A DNA stretch of 62,458 nucleotides from a virus (IMGVR_UViG_3300035212_001239:1-62458), one strand, 5' to 3'. Counted from the stretch's first letter, positions 26,072 to 36,566 are shown. Translations and numbers: made by a program. The notes: generated by a model not told the origin, from the sequence alone.

Positions 26072-28180
26072 TCAGCGGATGTTGTTCCGATGCACCGTTC
26101 GGCGGATGGTTTCCAGCGTCACTGCACCGGCGTCGGCACACGTCGTCAAAACCTCGTAGTATCGGTAGTCCATCGACAGGTTCCCGGCGAAACGCTGCGG
26201 CCCGATCACTGTCCCATTGACCAACATCTCAGCATAGATGATGTGCGTTTGACTGGCACTAGCCTTGCGAGTGAACCGGATAGTGAACGGTGTCGCCAGC
26301 AAGTTCAAAACGCCCAAACCAGAATCGAAGATCGAACCGAGTCCGCTGTTTTGAAACATCTGAATCTTGATCCGTTTGGCATTTGCCCCGGTCAGAAAAC
26401 CATTGATCGTCACCTCCTCAATATCGCCAGCCTCCAGCGGCATCGCGCTGTCGAATGTCTTCAGCGTGGCGTCGGTCGTGTTGATCGCGTTTGCAACCGT
26501 CGCATCAAGGGTGCAATCAAATGTGGCAGGGCAAATCCCGAGTAGCGCGGTCCCAGCATCTGGGAACGACCAGTTTACCGCATAGACGCCTTCGGCGTAG
26601 TGATTGCCGCCGACAAACTTGAATTTGCTGTTGGTGGCATCCGCTAGACTTGCGGCACCCGAAAATGTCGCCCAGCCATAGTTCGCCTTGAGCGTCGAGA
26701 CCATCGAAGCACCAAATTCTCGGGTGTTTTCCGGGGTAAGCTCCAATCTCCCCGGTAAGAAATGACGAGAGCCGGTTGCCAGCGCAGCGACATATCCGGC
26801 GTGCTGCTTGCGGTAGTCGGACTCGATGCCGGGGGCGTCGATCCATGCTGCCTTGATCGGGTAGGTCTGCGTGAAATTTTGTCCGCTACTCTGTTCCGGG
26901 GGCGTCTGATAGTAGAACCCAACCTCGCCGCTCGATCCCATGAACGAATCCGATCCACGGAAATAAAACGTGATCTCGCCGACTCCCGCGAGTTCCCAAG
27001 TTAGGTAGTCCCCTTTCCGCCGGAAAATGATCAGGTTGTTCCTGCCTGCTGGCATACAACCAACCGCCGAGTCACTCATCGCGAGTCCCCGGATGTATTG
27101 ATTTGCCGTGCCGTTCGTGGTCAAATCGATCGCTGATCCTCCGGGCGTAAGCGACAGCTTGATCGTGTTAGCAGTAACATCCCGGACGTAATAGACGGTT
27201 CCACCGGCAAGTCCTCCGGGAAGTCCGTCACCCTCGACAATGACGGGTTGATTGGCCGCGAAATAGTGCGTTGTGATCGTTAACGTGTCGGCCCCTGCGG
27301 AACCGGTAAATTTCCGCGTTTCGCTGCGTGGGGGAAGCCACGCGACCACGCTGGATAGATACTGCCGGTTGATCGCCTCGGGGTTTCGGGCGAGCGTGAC
27401 GGAAGTCCCGTTGCTGGTAAGTGGTAACGCTGTTCCGGCCAGCGCATTTGCACGACTGGTGGCCAACTTCACCACGCTGCCGGTCCCACCGTTTCCTGAG
27501 ACGAGGATCGCCCAATAGTCGGTGGCGGCGGCGGTGCCGGAAGGGACCACGGAGCCGCCGATGTTGACGTAGTCGCCGGTGGCGATGGGGGCGGGACTGT
27601 TCGACCCGGCTCCCAGCGTGATCTCGTCCGTCACGTTATCGACGGTCACTGCATACGATGTTTCGTAGATCCCTTGGGAAGCGATTCCGGTCTCGTTAAA
27701 ATTGACGTGCCAGTTTCCGGGTGCGCTGTGAGTCGAAGCGCCGACCAGCGGAGCCGATCCGACCGTAATGGTCAGGCTCGCGTCGATGGTATTTGTCGCG
27801 TGACGGGTCAGCTCGCGGGTGAAGAACCACCCGGCGCTCCAGTCCTGATGATCCTCCGGCGTGGCGTGGGCTGCGAGGTATCCGCCGCCGAGTCGCTGTG
27901 CTCGAAGAGCGCCGTTTGCGACAAGCATCTTCATGTCGGCGGGAGCGGCCCCGTCGTTCTTTTTCCACTTCCACACCGAGCCGTAGAGCGGCATCGTGAC
28001 ACCATCCGTGAGGAAAGTGCCCTCCGGGTAGCGGGTGCGGTCGTCGAAGCGGTCGAAGAATGCGACCCGCTCGGCGCTGGTAACCTCCAATCCGCCCCGA
28101 AACGCCACCGCATCCGTGATGCCCGTGCCGTCGCCGGAGACGCCACCGTGGACAAACCCTTTACCTTGGAGGAAACTCAT
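26072..28180 (-). CDS. Tail fibre / receptor-binding protein
   Basis: 702 aa, beta-rich with two repeats of Y(W/Y)..KL(A/S)....G.A..LT.NGT; distal part lower in GC. Confidence 0.6.
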   Translation of the reverse strand: MSFLQGKGFVHGGVSGDGTGITDAVAFRGGLEVTSAERVAFFDRFDDRTRYPEGTFLTDGVTMPLYGSVWKWKKNDGAAPADMKMLVANGALRAQRLGGGYLAAHATPEDHQDWSAGWFFTRELTRHATNTIDASLTITVGSAPLVGASTHSAPGNWHVNFNETGIASQGIYETSYAVTVDNVTDEITLGAGSNSPAPIATGDYVNIGGSVVPSGTAAATDYWAILVSGNGGTGSVVKLATSRANALAGTALPLTSNGTSVTLARNPEAINRQYLSSVVAWLPPRSETRKFTGSAGADTLTITTHYFAANQPVIVEGDGLPGGLAGGTVYYVRDVTANTIKLSLTPGGSAIDLTTNGTANQYIRGLAMSDSAVGCMPAGRNNLIIFRRKGDYLTWELAGVGEITFYFRGSDSFMGSSGEVGFYYQTPPEQSSGQNFTQTYPIKAAWIDAPGIESDYRKQHAGYVAALATGSRHFLPGRLELTPENTREFGASMVSTLKANYGWATFSGAASLADATNSKFKFVGGNHYAEGVYAVNWSFPDAGTALLGICPATFDCTLDATVANAINTTDATLKTFDSAMPLEAGDIEEVTINGFLTGANAKRIKIQMFQNSGLGSIFDSGLGVLNLLATPFTIRFTRKASASQTHIIYAEMLVNGTVIGPQRFAGNLSMDYRYYEVLTTCADAGAVTLETIRRTVHRNNIR

Positions 28181-28186
28181 GGCGGA

Positions 28187-28432
28187 TCAGTGTTGGAGTG
28201 CGATGCGGATGTTGGCCGTGGTCGCGGTCGTGATGCGGGCCTTGTAACTCGGCACGCTGACCTCCTCACCCGGCGTGGAGATGACCTGGGTGGCCCCAAA
28301 CGTCTTGGTGTTCGGGTCGAACCAAGCCAAAGCCAGCTCCGCGCTGGTCTGAATGAACACCGTTCTGCCCACGGGCATGTTCGGCACGTCCTTGGATGCG
28401 GTGACAAGTCCTTCGTCGATGAGCAGGCTCAT
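28187..28432 (-). CDS. Small virion-module protein
   Basis: 81 aa, beta-rich, directly upstream of the fibre gene. Confidence 0.6.
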   Translation of the reverse strand: MSLLIDEGLVTASKDVPNMPVGRTVFIQTSAELALAWFDPNTKTFGATQVISTPGEEVSVPSYKARITTATTANIRIALQH

Positions 28433-28479
28433 GCCTGCTGTCTAGCCGATCGGGAGACCCGTGGCAACAGGAAAAGGCC

Positions 28480-28501
28480 GCGCCGAGGGGAAGCTCGGCG
28501 C
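28480..28501 (-). terminator. Intrinsic terminator-like hairpin
   Basis: GCGCCGAG/CTCGGCGC stem followed by GGCCTTTT on the minus strand. Confidence 0.45.
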
Positions 28502-28506
28502 GACCC

Positions 28507-28683
28507 CTAACCCAGTGAACGGGCAAGCAACTTACCAAGATGCTTGCGACCAACCATGACCGTCGCCTCGTCACCGACCTTCTCCCGAAGCTCCGCAACG
28601 GTCATCGACACCAGAACGGTGTCGCGTTTTCCGCCGCGCTTTTTAGGCTCCGGTTTCGGGATGTTGACTTTGAGGACGGCCAT
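28507..28683 (-). CDS. Small basic protein with its own promoter and terminator (moron-like)
   Basis: MAVLKVNIPKPEPKKRGGKR..., 58 aa; TTGACC at 28721-28716 upstream. Confidence 0.55.
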   Translation of the reverse strand: MAVLKVNIPKPEPKKRGGKRDTVLVSMTVAELREKVGDEATVMVGRKHLGKLLARSLG

Positions 28684-28717
28684 TGACGGCGTGATAATTG
28701 ACCGATTATCTGGCAGG

Positions 28718-29841
28718 TCAAGGAGAATCGCCCAGCCGGACAACGATCAGACCGGCGAACAGCGGGGTCAGATCCACCGACCCACCGTGACCGTGCCAGA
28801 TGCCCATCTTGACGTGTCCGTCGGTCCCTGCCACGCTCGCCACGTCGATGATCGCCGTGCCGCCCATGAAGTGCCGGTCAGACGAAGTTCCGAGCTTGGT
28901 AGCCGCCTGCCCGGACACCATCAGTGCCCCTCCGAGGATGACCCCGCCATACACCTGGACGTTGTTGGTGCCCGCCGCGACGGTCATGGACCAGTCCACC
29001 TTGTAGCGGCCGGTGCGGGTGATCTCGACACGGCTGTTGACCTTGTTCGGGGTGCAGTCGTTGGACGCGTCATTGAACCCCTGGGCCGTGTTGAACGCGG
29101 TGACGACCTGTGCGGTCGTGCCGTTCGGAACCGTCTGAGCCGTGACGCCGTCTTCCACTCCGATCCCGGCGTAGCTGGACGGGTGCGGGTCGAACGGTGA
29201 GGCGATGTGGGCCGCGATGTCATCCAGCACGGGGGTCAACGCCGCGATCTCCGCATCCAGGGTGGTCGTCTGCACCGCCGTTGAGAGCATCGCGAGATAG
29301 GCATCGCTGAAGTCGTTCTTGGACAGTCCCTTGCCCGCGACCTTGTCCACCTTGCCGCTCAGGTCCACACCCGGCTGCCAGACGCCGTTGGTCGAGTCCC
29401 AGTGGTAGACCTTCAGGTCGGTGCCGAGGACCTGGACATGGGCATAGTCGCCCGCGTTGCCCGCCGGAACCGCAGCCTGGAGGTTCGCCAGCGTTGTGTA
29501 GGACCCTCGGTAGGTCGCAGTGCCCAGGGCGTCGAGCTTGGCCTTCAGCACCGTCGTAAAGTCCTGCTCGGACAAGCCCTTGCCTGCCACGGTGTTCTGT
29601 TTCCCGGCGAGCCCTGACGCCAGCGCGGACGCGGTGGCCAGCGCCGAGAGCAGCACGTTCGAGTTCTTGAGCACGTTGCCCGTGGTGCCATTGAACAGAG
29701 CGATGGCATCCGCCGTGGCGCTGCCAGGACCTGTCATGGTGCCCGGTGTGCCTGCTGGCCCTGCTGGCCCTGCGGGTCCGTTGTTGCGGACCACCGTTCG
29801 GGTGGCTCCACTGTTCTCGATGCGGATGGTGCGGGTGCTGC

Positions 29842-29845
<4 letters not shown>
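28718..29845 (-). CDS. Tail fibre protein
   Basis: Short collagen-like GPAGPAG segment and two K..VAGKGLS..DF repeats typical of phage fibres. Confidence 0.7.
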
Positions 29846-30297
<452 letters not shown>

Positions 30298-30302
30298 GGT
30301 GA

Positions 30303-31784
30303 TCAGTTGATTTTGCGGGCGCGAAGGAATGCTCCAGCTCGGCGGGTAATGGTCGCCCCGCCGACGCTGGAGTTGCGGAAATATTGCAAAGCCAAAGTAG
30401 TGTTTCCGGTGATTTTAATAATCACGTTTCCGGTCAAGGCCCAGTTGCCGAGCGCTCCCGGCGTGTTTCCTAAGCTTAACTCGCCCGTTGCGGAAGCATA
30501 GGCAACATTAGTCTGCACGGTGCCTCTAAAGCCGACACCAAACAAACCCGTGTTCAAAATGTCAACATTCGCTGAAGTTCCAAGTAGTAATCGTCCATTT
30601 ACCCCGCAACCGGTATCAAAAGCCGCATACCATGAAATCTCCCACATTCCCACGGTCAAGTTGATCCCTACAAGCGTGTCGTCGTCCGCGTATGCAGCAG
30701 GGTTCGTTCTCGTCGCTGCGGCGTTGGGATCGTATTTGAGGATTTCACCCATCAACGTCGTCCTCGCCGCTGCCGCATCCGCCGCCCCAAACAGCGCCGC
30801 GCCGGTCGTGCCTGCGCCGAGGGCGATGCGGTGCGCGGAGGCTGCTCCGGTGCCGTAGGTGTAGGTGGTCGAGTCGAAAGTAATCGATGACGTGGCTTGA
30901 AATGTAACAGCAGCTTCTGCGATGACTGGGCCATCGGCTTGGATGCCGCCTGACACATTCAAGTCTCCGATGAACGCATCGCTAGAGTATAGTTCAAAGA
31001 ACACGGCGCTTCCGCTTCCATCGCGGATCACTAGCTTGTTGGCCGTGGCTGCGCTGGTTGCGTCGGACACGTCGGCACTGACGTGGGTGTGGCTCGTCGC
31101 GGCCTTCCCGGACAGCGCGGAGGCTAGCGGGGTGTTGACGGTGGGCAGGTCCACGGTGGCTGCGTCCGTCAGTCCAGCGTAGGTGGTAGATCCACCTCCG
31201 CCTTCCGACAGGTCGTTGAGGATCGTCTGCAAGCCCAGCACGTCGGCAATGACGTGGGTGTGGGCCAGCGGGGCCTTGCCATCGAGCACGGCCTGCAACC
31301 CGGTCACGTTCGCGATCGAGTGGGTGTGAACCAGCGGGGCCTTGCCGTTGAGCGCAGCCTGCAAGCCGGTCACGTCGGCAATGACGTGGGTGTGCATGAC
31401 CGCACCGCCGCCGCCGGGGACGAAGTCGTAGGTCGAGTTGGCCGGGTCGGTCGGGTTGTCCCGCACCGCGATGGGCTCGGGCTCCACGTAGACGTGGTCG
31501 TCCCCGGCCGGGTCGGTGGCGACGATGTCCCACCAGTAGTCCCCGGTGGCGAGGCTGCGCGTGAAATCGCGCTCGTGGCGGATGGCCACGGTGCCAGACG
31601 CTGGCACCGGGAAGGTGACGTTGAGGTTCGCCACCAGCTTGTTGCCGACCCGCGTGCGGATCTGGCTGCGGATCGTCCACCCGGTGTGGTTCGTCGGCAC
31701 GTTGCCCGGATCGCCGTCTTTGACGTAGGTGTCAAAGATCGTGAGATCAAAGGCCCAGGTGCGGTTGCGGACGATCTGGAGCAT
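30303..31784 (-). CDS. Tail fibre protein with His-containing tail repeats
   Basis: Three HTH(V/S)IA(D/N)V.GLQ..L repeats plus a partial fourth; N-terminal adaptor-like domain. Confidence 0.75.
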   Translation of the reverse strand: MLQIVRNRTWAFDLTIFDTYVKDGDPGNVPTNHTGWTIRSQIRTRVGNKLVANLNVTFPVPASGTVAIRHERDFTRSLATGDYWWDIVATDPAGDDHVYVEPEPIAVRDNPTDPANSTYDFVPGGGGAVMHTHVIADVTGLQAALNGKAPLVHTHSIANVTGLQAVLDGKAPLAHTHVIADVLGLQTILNDLSEGGGGSTTYAGLTDAATVDLPTVNTPLASALSGKAATSHTHVSADVSDATSAATANKLVIRDGSGSAVFFELYSSDAFIGDLNVSGGIQADGPVIAEAAVTFQATSSITFDSTTYTYGTGAASAHRIALGAGTTGAALFGAADAAAARTTLMGEILKYDPNAAATRTNPAAYADDDTLVGINLTVGMWEISWYAAFDTGCGVNGRLLLGTSANVDILNTGLFGVGFRGTVQTNVAYASATGELSLGNTPGALGNWALTGNVIIKITGNTTLALQYFRNSSVGGATITRRAGAFLRARKIN

Positions 31785-31800
31785 GGAAAGAAAAAGGGTT

Positions 31801-31830
31801 GCGGCGGCACGGGGAGGGCCGTGCCGCCGC
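31801..31830 (-). terminator. Intrinsic terminator
   Basis: 12-bp stem GCGGCGGCACGG/CCGTGCCGCCGC followed by a T-rich run on the minus strand. Confidence 0.6.
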
Positions 31831-31839
31831 AGGATGGGA

Positions 31840-32226
31840 TTACGCCTCGGCGGTCCAGGTGCCTTGGAAGTTCACCACGTCCCAGGAGCCTTTGACGAGG
31901 CACACCAGTTCGACCGTGGCAGCCAGTGCCGTGGCAGAGATGTACTTGCCAGCGGCAGCCTGAACGCCGGTGGACGGCAGGGCGACCGTCTCGGTCCCGT
32001 TCGGGTCGAGCCGTAGTGGCTGCGCGGCCTCGACGACTGCGCTCACCCGGAGACCGGGCTCGGCTTTCGGCAGGGCGAACACGGTAGCGGCAGCGGCACC
32101 GGTGTTGGCCACGTAGACGTGACGGAGGGCTTGCTCGCGGGTGATGGTGCCGCCGGTGGCGGACACGATGACCGGAGCGATCTGATTGGCTTGGAGCCTG
32201 GTGAGCCAGGCGAGGATCGTTTTCAT
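31840..32226 (-). CDS. Putative capsid decoration/cement protein
   Basis: 128 aa, beta-rich (VFALPKAEPGLRV..W..GTWTAE); long leader and its own terminator. Confidence 0.5.
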   Translation of the reverse strand: MKTILAWLTRLQANQIAPVIVSATGGTITREQALRHVYVANTGAAAATVFALPKAEPGLRVSAVVEAAQPLRLDPNGTETVALPSTGVQAAAGKYISATALAATVELVCLVKGSWDVVNFQGTWTAEA

Positions 32227-32409
32227 GTTTTCAATGTGGTTGCGGTTTAACGGACGCCCCCGCAGGAGTGCGGAGGGATGCGAAGGCAGTAGAGCCGAAG
32301 GGGTGCAGTTTGCCAAGCAGAAAGCCACCCGCCCTTTCGGGTGGATGGCTCTGCGTGGACCGAGAGATGGCTGCCCCGTTATCCGGGCACCCGTCGTTCC
32401 GGCTGGAAA

Positions 32410-32733
32410 TCAGGCATCGGCGTCTTTCGCCACCTTCTTCTTGGCCGCCTTCTTCTTGGGCTTGGGCTTCGGCTCGTCGAGGTCGGACGGCGCGGTCGAG
32501 AAGTGCGGCTCGGATTTCATCTTGTCGAGCAGCTCCTGATACTCGTCTACCACGAGCAGCAGCGGCTTCTCCGGCGCGGGCGGCTCCTCGAACACGAGGT
32601 CTTCCGTCGCAACGGTTACCGAGATCTCCTTGGCGGCTCCTTGAACCACGCAGGCCCGGACGCCACGGTTGACCACCTCGACCACCACGCCCGCTGCCAT
32701 GCCCATCTGTGCTGTCTTCAATGTCGCTTTCAT
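32410..32733 (-). CDS. Hypothetical protein
   Basis: 107 aa with a Lys-rich tail. Confidence 0.65.
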   Translation of the reverse strand: MKATLKTAQMGMAAGVVVEVVNRGVRACVVQGAAKEISVTVATEDLVFEEPPAPEKPLLLVVDEYQELLDKMKSEPHFSTAPSDLDEPKPKPKKKAAKKKVAKDADA

Positions 32734-33491
32734 TGTGTTGAAACTTCCGGGAGATCCCTAACCGGAACCGGGATGTCGGTCAACTTCCCCGTCTCCCGGT
32801 CCATCCATGACTCACAAAGGACGACCCACCCTTCAGGGTAGTTCAAGACGACCCCGTAGTCGGGAGCGGTTCGGCCGCTGCGGCACCACCTCTGGCCCAC
32901 GTAGACAAGATCCGGCTTGGCCGCCACCTCCGCCGGGGGCTCCGGTGGCATGTTGCGGGCCAGGGTCTCGTTCTCTCGCACCAGATCGCCGTTCTTGCAG
33001 ACCTCCTTGTCATACCGCTCGCGCCAGGTCGTCACGTCCGCCAGTAGCTGCTCGATCCGCTTGGGCAACCGGGCCAGCTCCGGCGGGACGCCGGTCAGCA
33101 CGTTCACTCCGGTGGTACCGCCGTCCGATCCGAGGATGCGGTGGATCTCCCCTAACACGTTCAGACGGCAGGCGGCGTGGTTGCCCACGGTGACCACTTC
33201 ACCTTTGAGGTAATCGCACCGATCGTCCCAAGACCGGTTGGCGTCGTTGGCCATCCGCAGCCGTTCCAGCAGCCGCTCGAACTGGGGGCGGGAGTCGCCA
33301 TCCGCCGGAGGTGGCAGCAACTCGGAGATCCTTTTCTCCATCATCAAGCGGCGATCGACTTCTCCATTGAGGCTCTCGGATGCTCTCTTGAGGCGGGACT
33401 CCAGCTCCTTCTCGCGCTCGATGGCGCGGGCGGCGGTTTCCATCAGGTCGGCAGTTTGGCGCAGGTGCGCGGCGTGGTCAGCGGGGTTCAT
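32730..33491 (-). CDS. Hypothetical coiled-coil protein
   Basis: Start re-called at MNPADH (ATGA overlap), 253 aa. Confidence 0.65.
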   Translation of the reverse strand: MNPADHAAHLRQTADLMETAARAIEREKELESRLKRASESLNGEVDRRLMMEKRISELLPPPADGDSRPQFERLLERLRMANDANRSWDDRCDYLKGEVVTVGNHAACRLNVLGEIHRILGSDGGTTGVNVLTGVPPELARLPKRIEQLLADVTTWRERYDKEVCKNGDLVRENETLARNMPPEPPAEVAAKPDLVYVGQRWCRSGRTAPDYGVVLNYPEGWVVLCESWMDRETGKLTDIPVPVRDLPEVSTQ

Positions 33492-33757
33492 GGTCGGTTG
33501 TTTTGTCGGTGGACGACCGCGTCGTAGCGGCCTTGTTCTGCGTGATATGCGTGGTCGTAGGCTTTTGCGGAGGCCAGCCACTCCTCGGCGGCGGCGATGG
33601 CGGCATGGCGATTCCCTCGGCAGACCCCGTGCATGGAGGTTTCTCCATTGCCGCTCGCGCTCCCGACAATCAGCAGCCCCTGGATGTTCGGGGCGATGTC
33701 GAGGACCTCGTCGGCCTTGGCCGCGATTACGAGCTGGGTTTCTTCCGGGGTGAGCAT
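33488..33757 (-). CDS. Hypothetical protein
   Basis: 89 aa; first gene after the promoter at 33800. Confidence 0.65.
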   Translation of the reverse strand: MLTPEETQLVIAAKADEVLDIAPNIQGLLIVGSASGNGETSMHGVCRGNRHAAIAAAEEWLASAKAYDHAYHAEQGRYDAVVHRQNNRP

Positions 33758-33772
33758 GAGCTAGTTGGCACG

Positions 33773-33800
33773 ATAATAGGGACGTTAATTGCTTCGTCAA
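33773..33800 (-). promoter_or_regulatory. Sigma70-like promoter
   Basis: TTGACG-16 nt-TATTAT. Confidence 0.6.
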
Positions 33801-33813
33801 TAGCGAAGATAAT

Positions 33814-33965
33814 TGGGGGTTCCTTGATGCCCCCTATGGGGGTTCCTTGATGCCCCCTATGGGGGGTCGGGATCTTCGCTGAGATCAGATGTCGCCAGCT
33901 TCCCCGCCTATCTGTAGCGCGGATTCGATGGTCGCCAGCTTCCCCGCTTATCTGTAGCGCGGATT
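33814..33965. repeat. Two adjacent direct-repeat pairs
   Basis: 23-bp unit x2 (33814-33859) and 35-bp unit x2 (33891-33925, 33931-33965; 1 mismatch). Confidence 0.9.
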
Positions 33966-34326
33966 TGGGGGTTCAACGGCTAGGGGCGAAAATGGTCTCA
34001 GTCTATCCCCACCGCTATCGGTCTCGGTCTCGCTGGCCAATCGCACCGCCAAGCCCCCGCACCCCCACGCCCCACACACCCCGGGGACCCTTGCGCCCCC
34101 CATGCCCCCCGCCCCCACCCTCCCAGCCCTGGAAAGCCCCGGCCGCTACCCTCCCGAACCTTAGAAACCGTGCCCACGCGCCCGGCCGGAGCCGATGGAC
34201 ACACCGAAACGCGGAATTTCCAAGCCGGTGAGCTGCCGGAGCCCGCGCCCCCACCCTCCCGACCCGGCCGGAGCCCTGGAAACCGGAGCCGATGAGCCGG
34301 TGAGCCGGTGAGCCCGGCCGCTACCC

Positions 34327-35031
34327 TCACACTTCGTCATCCCCGACCAGCTCGACAAGCGGAGCCGGTGACCGCTTGGCAAACACGCCGCCAGCCGACC
34401 CGCCGGAGCCGATGACCCGCGCCCCATCCGGGCCCGCCATCCCTTGCGCCTCTTCCACTCGAAGCCGTAGCTTCGCCCGCCCGCTTGCTAACGTCTTTTC
34501 TCGAGTCTCTGCTACCGATTGCAAGGACTCGATGCCCGCCATTTTGGACCAGTGAGATTGGAGCTTGAGGAGGTGAATCTCCCCCGCTTTCCGGCTTCCG
34601 TGCAGCCCGATAAATGACTGGACCAAGGACAGCACCGCCTCCGCCGCTCCGGCATCACTTTGCGATTTTGCGCACGCGTCCGCGATGCTCAAAAGCCGTT
34701 TTTCGAGGATAGGAAGTCGTTCCAATTCAACGAGTTGCGCGTCAATACATGACCTGATTTTCATGCAATCGGATTCATGTTTGGCCAGCGTTTCAGCGTT
34801 TAAGCGCATAACTAGGCCATTTTCAGGGGTATTAGCAAGCACCGCCTCCGCCTCCGCCTCCCACGCTGGTAACCATCGCCGCACCGTTTCCACGTGACAG
34901 CCCGCCATCTCCGCCAACGTCGCGACATTGAGCACCCGCCGACCATCGCCCGCGCCATATAGATACAGCCGCCGCGCCTCCCGGACTTCCGGCGTTTTCC
35001 CGTGTTTTTTCAGCTCACCAACTCCAGCCAT
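34327..35031 (-). CDS. Putative terminase small subunit (N-terminal HTH)
   Basis: Start MAGVGE; ARRLYL...VATLAEMAGCHVETVRRW HTH followed by a helical region; head of the late strand. Confidence 0.5.
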   Translation of the reverse strand: MAGVGELKKHGKTPEVREARRLYLYGAGDGRRVLNVATLAEMAGCHVETVRRWLPAWEAEAEAVLANTPENGLVMRLNAETLAKHESDCMKIRSCIDAQLVELERLPILEKRLLSIADACAKSQSDAGAAEAVLSLVQSFIGLHGSRKAGEIHLLKLQSHWSKMAGIESLQSVAETREKTLASGRAKLRLRVEEAQGMAGPDGARVIGSGGSAGGVFAKRSPAPLVELVGDDEV

Positions 35032-35313
35032 AGGCCCGCACCATGCCACCGGCCGGAGCCGATGACAAGCGCCCAGGACGAGCACCACGCCACCGGCACC
35101 GGCACCAGCACCGGCACCGGCACCACGCGACCACGCGACCACGCCACCACACCCGCCCGCCGATCCCGCCCCGGCCGATCTTCGCCCAAATCGAAAATCC
35201 CAAATCCCCGTTTTTATCCACTGGCAAACGATGAGAGATAGAGCCAGAAGATTAGGCCAGTCAGAACACGCTGAAAATGAACCACTTGCACCATTTCCTG
35301 AAGTTGAGTCATT

Positions 35314-35674
35314 CTTAGTGCCACCACTTAGTGCCAGCTTTTCCCCTATCTCAAAACATTGAAATTTCAACGACTTACGACTTCCCAACTTCCGATTGTA
35401 TATCTTCTGGCACAATCTCCCCCTCGAGTGACTAATACGCAGGGGGGTAAAAATTCACAGACACACGTTTTTTTTTTACCCCCCGCCGGGGTTTTCGGAA
35501 AACCAGGCACGACGTGCCAGATATACAAACCGAATCCCCAACCCGCTCATTTCCAACGCTTTACGTGCCATTCACATATCTGGCACACATCTGGCACGCA
35601 ACTCCCCGCCCTCCGCCGCCCCGTCACAAGCGACTCATTTCCAGGCACTTGCAAATGGTGCAATCTGCTGGCAC
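35314..35674. repeat. Cluster of TGGCAC motifs plus a 12-bp inverted repeat in the divergent intergenic region (candidate origin/packaging locus)
   Basis: 8 exact TGGCAC/GTGCCA copies; GGGGGGTAAAAA (35442-35453) / TTTTTACCCCCC (35473-35484); AT-rich. Confidence 0.6.
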
Positions 35675-35780
35675 TAACTCTTATTCGATTCCAGCGAATA
35701 AAAACTTTCCTTTGCTCAAAAAATATAACGTCGCAACCCGTTGAAAACCAAAGCAAGTGAAAATAATTGGATAAATTCGC

Positions 35781-35808
35781 TTGCGTTTATCCGCTGAAAT
35801 CCTACTTT
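35781..35808 (+). promoter_or_regulatory. Putative early promoter
   Basis: TTGCGT-16 nt-TACTTT; ATG begins 7 nt after the -10 element. Confidence 0.45.
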
Positions 35809-35814
35809 CCTGCC

Positions 35815-36246
35815 ATGCCCAACGCATACCCCACCATGAACCGCAAACGCTACACCACCGCCCGCGCCTCCGCCGCCCGCATTGCCTCCGCCGCCCTTTG
35901 GGCCGGAGCCGCCACGCTCGCCGCCGTCGCAGTCTCCACCATGTCCGCCGCCTCCGCCCGATGGACCGACGACGCCACCGCCAAAGCCGCCGCCTACATC
36001 CTCCACGGCACCGCGTGCACCATTGGCGAGATCGACGCCGCCCCCCGCGCCGTCCGAGATGCAGTCTGGCACAAGTGGACCGACCGCGCCGTCACCGCCC
36101 CACGCCCCGACCCGAAGACCGCCGCCGCCTCCGCCCGCGTCATGGACTTCGCCCGAGGCTACGCCGACACCGTCGACGAGCGGGACCTAATGGACGCCAG
36201 CCCCTCCGCCGTCCGGGCCGCCGTTGACTCCGGCCGCCTCGACTAA
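35815..36246 (+). CDS. Early hypothetical protein
   Basis: Ala-rich, 143 aa; first gene of the plus-strand array. Confidence 0.6.
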   Translation: MPNAYPTMNRKRYTTARASAARIASAALWAGAATLAAVAVSTMSAASARWTDDATAKAAAYILHGTACTIGEIDAAPRAVRDAVWHKWTDRAVTAPRPDPKTAAASARVMDFARGYADTVDERDLMDASPSAVRAAVDSGRLD

Positions 36247-36314
36247 TCCCACCCACCGCGGCCGGAGGTCCCACCCCTCCGGCCGCCCACCACTTCCCAA
36301 CCCACACCGACCCC

Positions 36315-36566
36315 ATGACCAAAAAAGCCGCCATCCGCCACGCCCGCCGCACCGTCTCCGCCCTCTACCCATGCGGCGGAGGCTGGACATTTTACCAGCT
36401 CGACCAGTCCCGCCGAGCATGGAGGGAGATCAACCCGCGCCCATGGCACGACGCCCAGACAGCCCGCCGCGCCGCCCTCATCACGGCCGCCCGTGCCGCC
36501 CTTGACCTCCCCGAGATCGACCCCGCCGCGATGGACCGCGGCCGATGGACCGACGCACTCAGCTAA
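36315..36566 (+). CDS. Early hypothetical protein
   Basis: 83 aa, follows hairpin 1. Confidence 0.6.
   Translation: MTKKAAIRHARRTVSALYPCGGGWTFYQLDQSRRAWREINPRPWHDAQTARRAALITAARAALDLPEIDPAAMDRGRWTDALS

Noticed and set aside
33891-33965. 35-bp direct repeats as a mini CRISPR array
   Set aside because: Only two copies separated by 5 nt; no spacer-sized unique sequence.
35032-35415. N-terminal extension of the 362-aa ORF
   Set aside because: Runs through repeat-rich intergenic-like DNA; ATG at 35031 gives a cleaner start.
35314-35674. TGGCAC copies as sigma54 promoters
   Set aside because: None has the TTGC -12 element at the required spacing.
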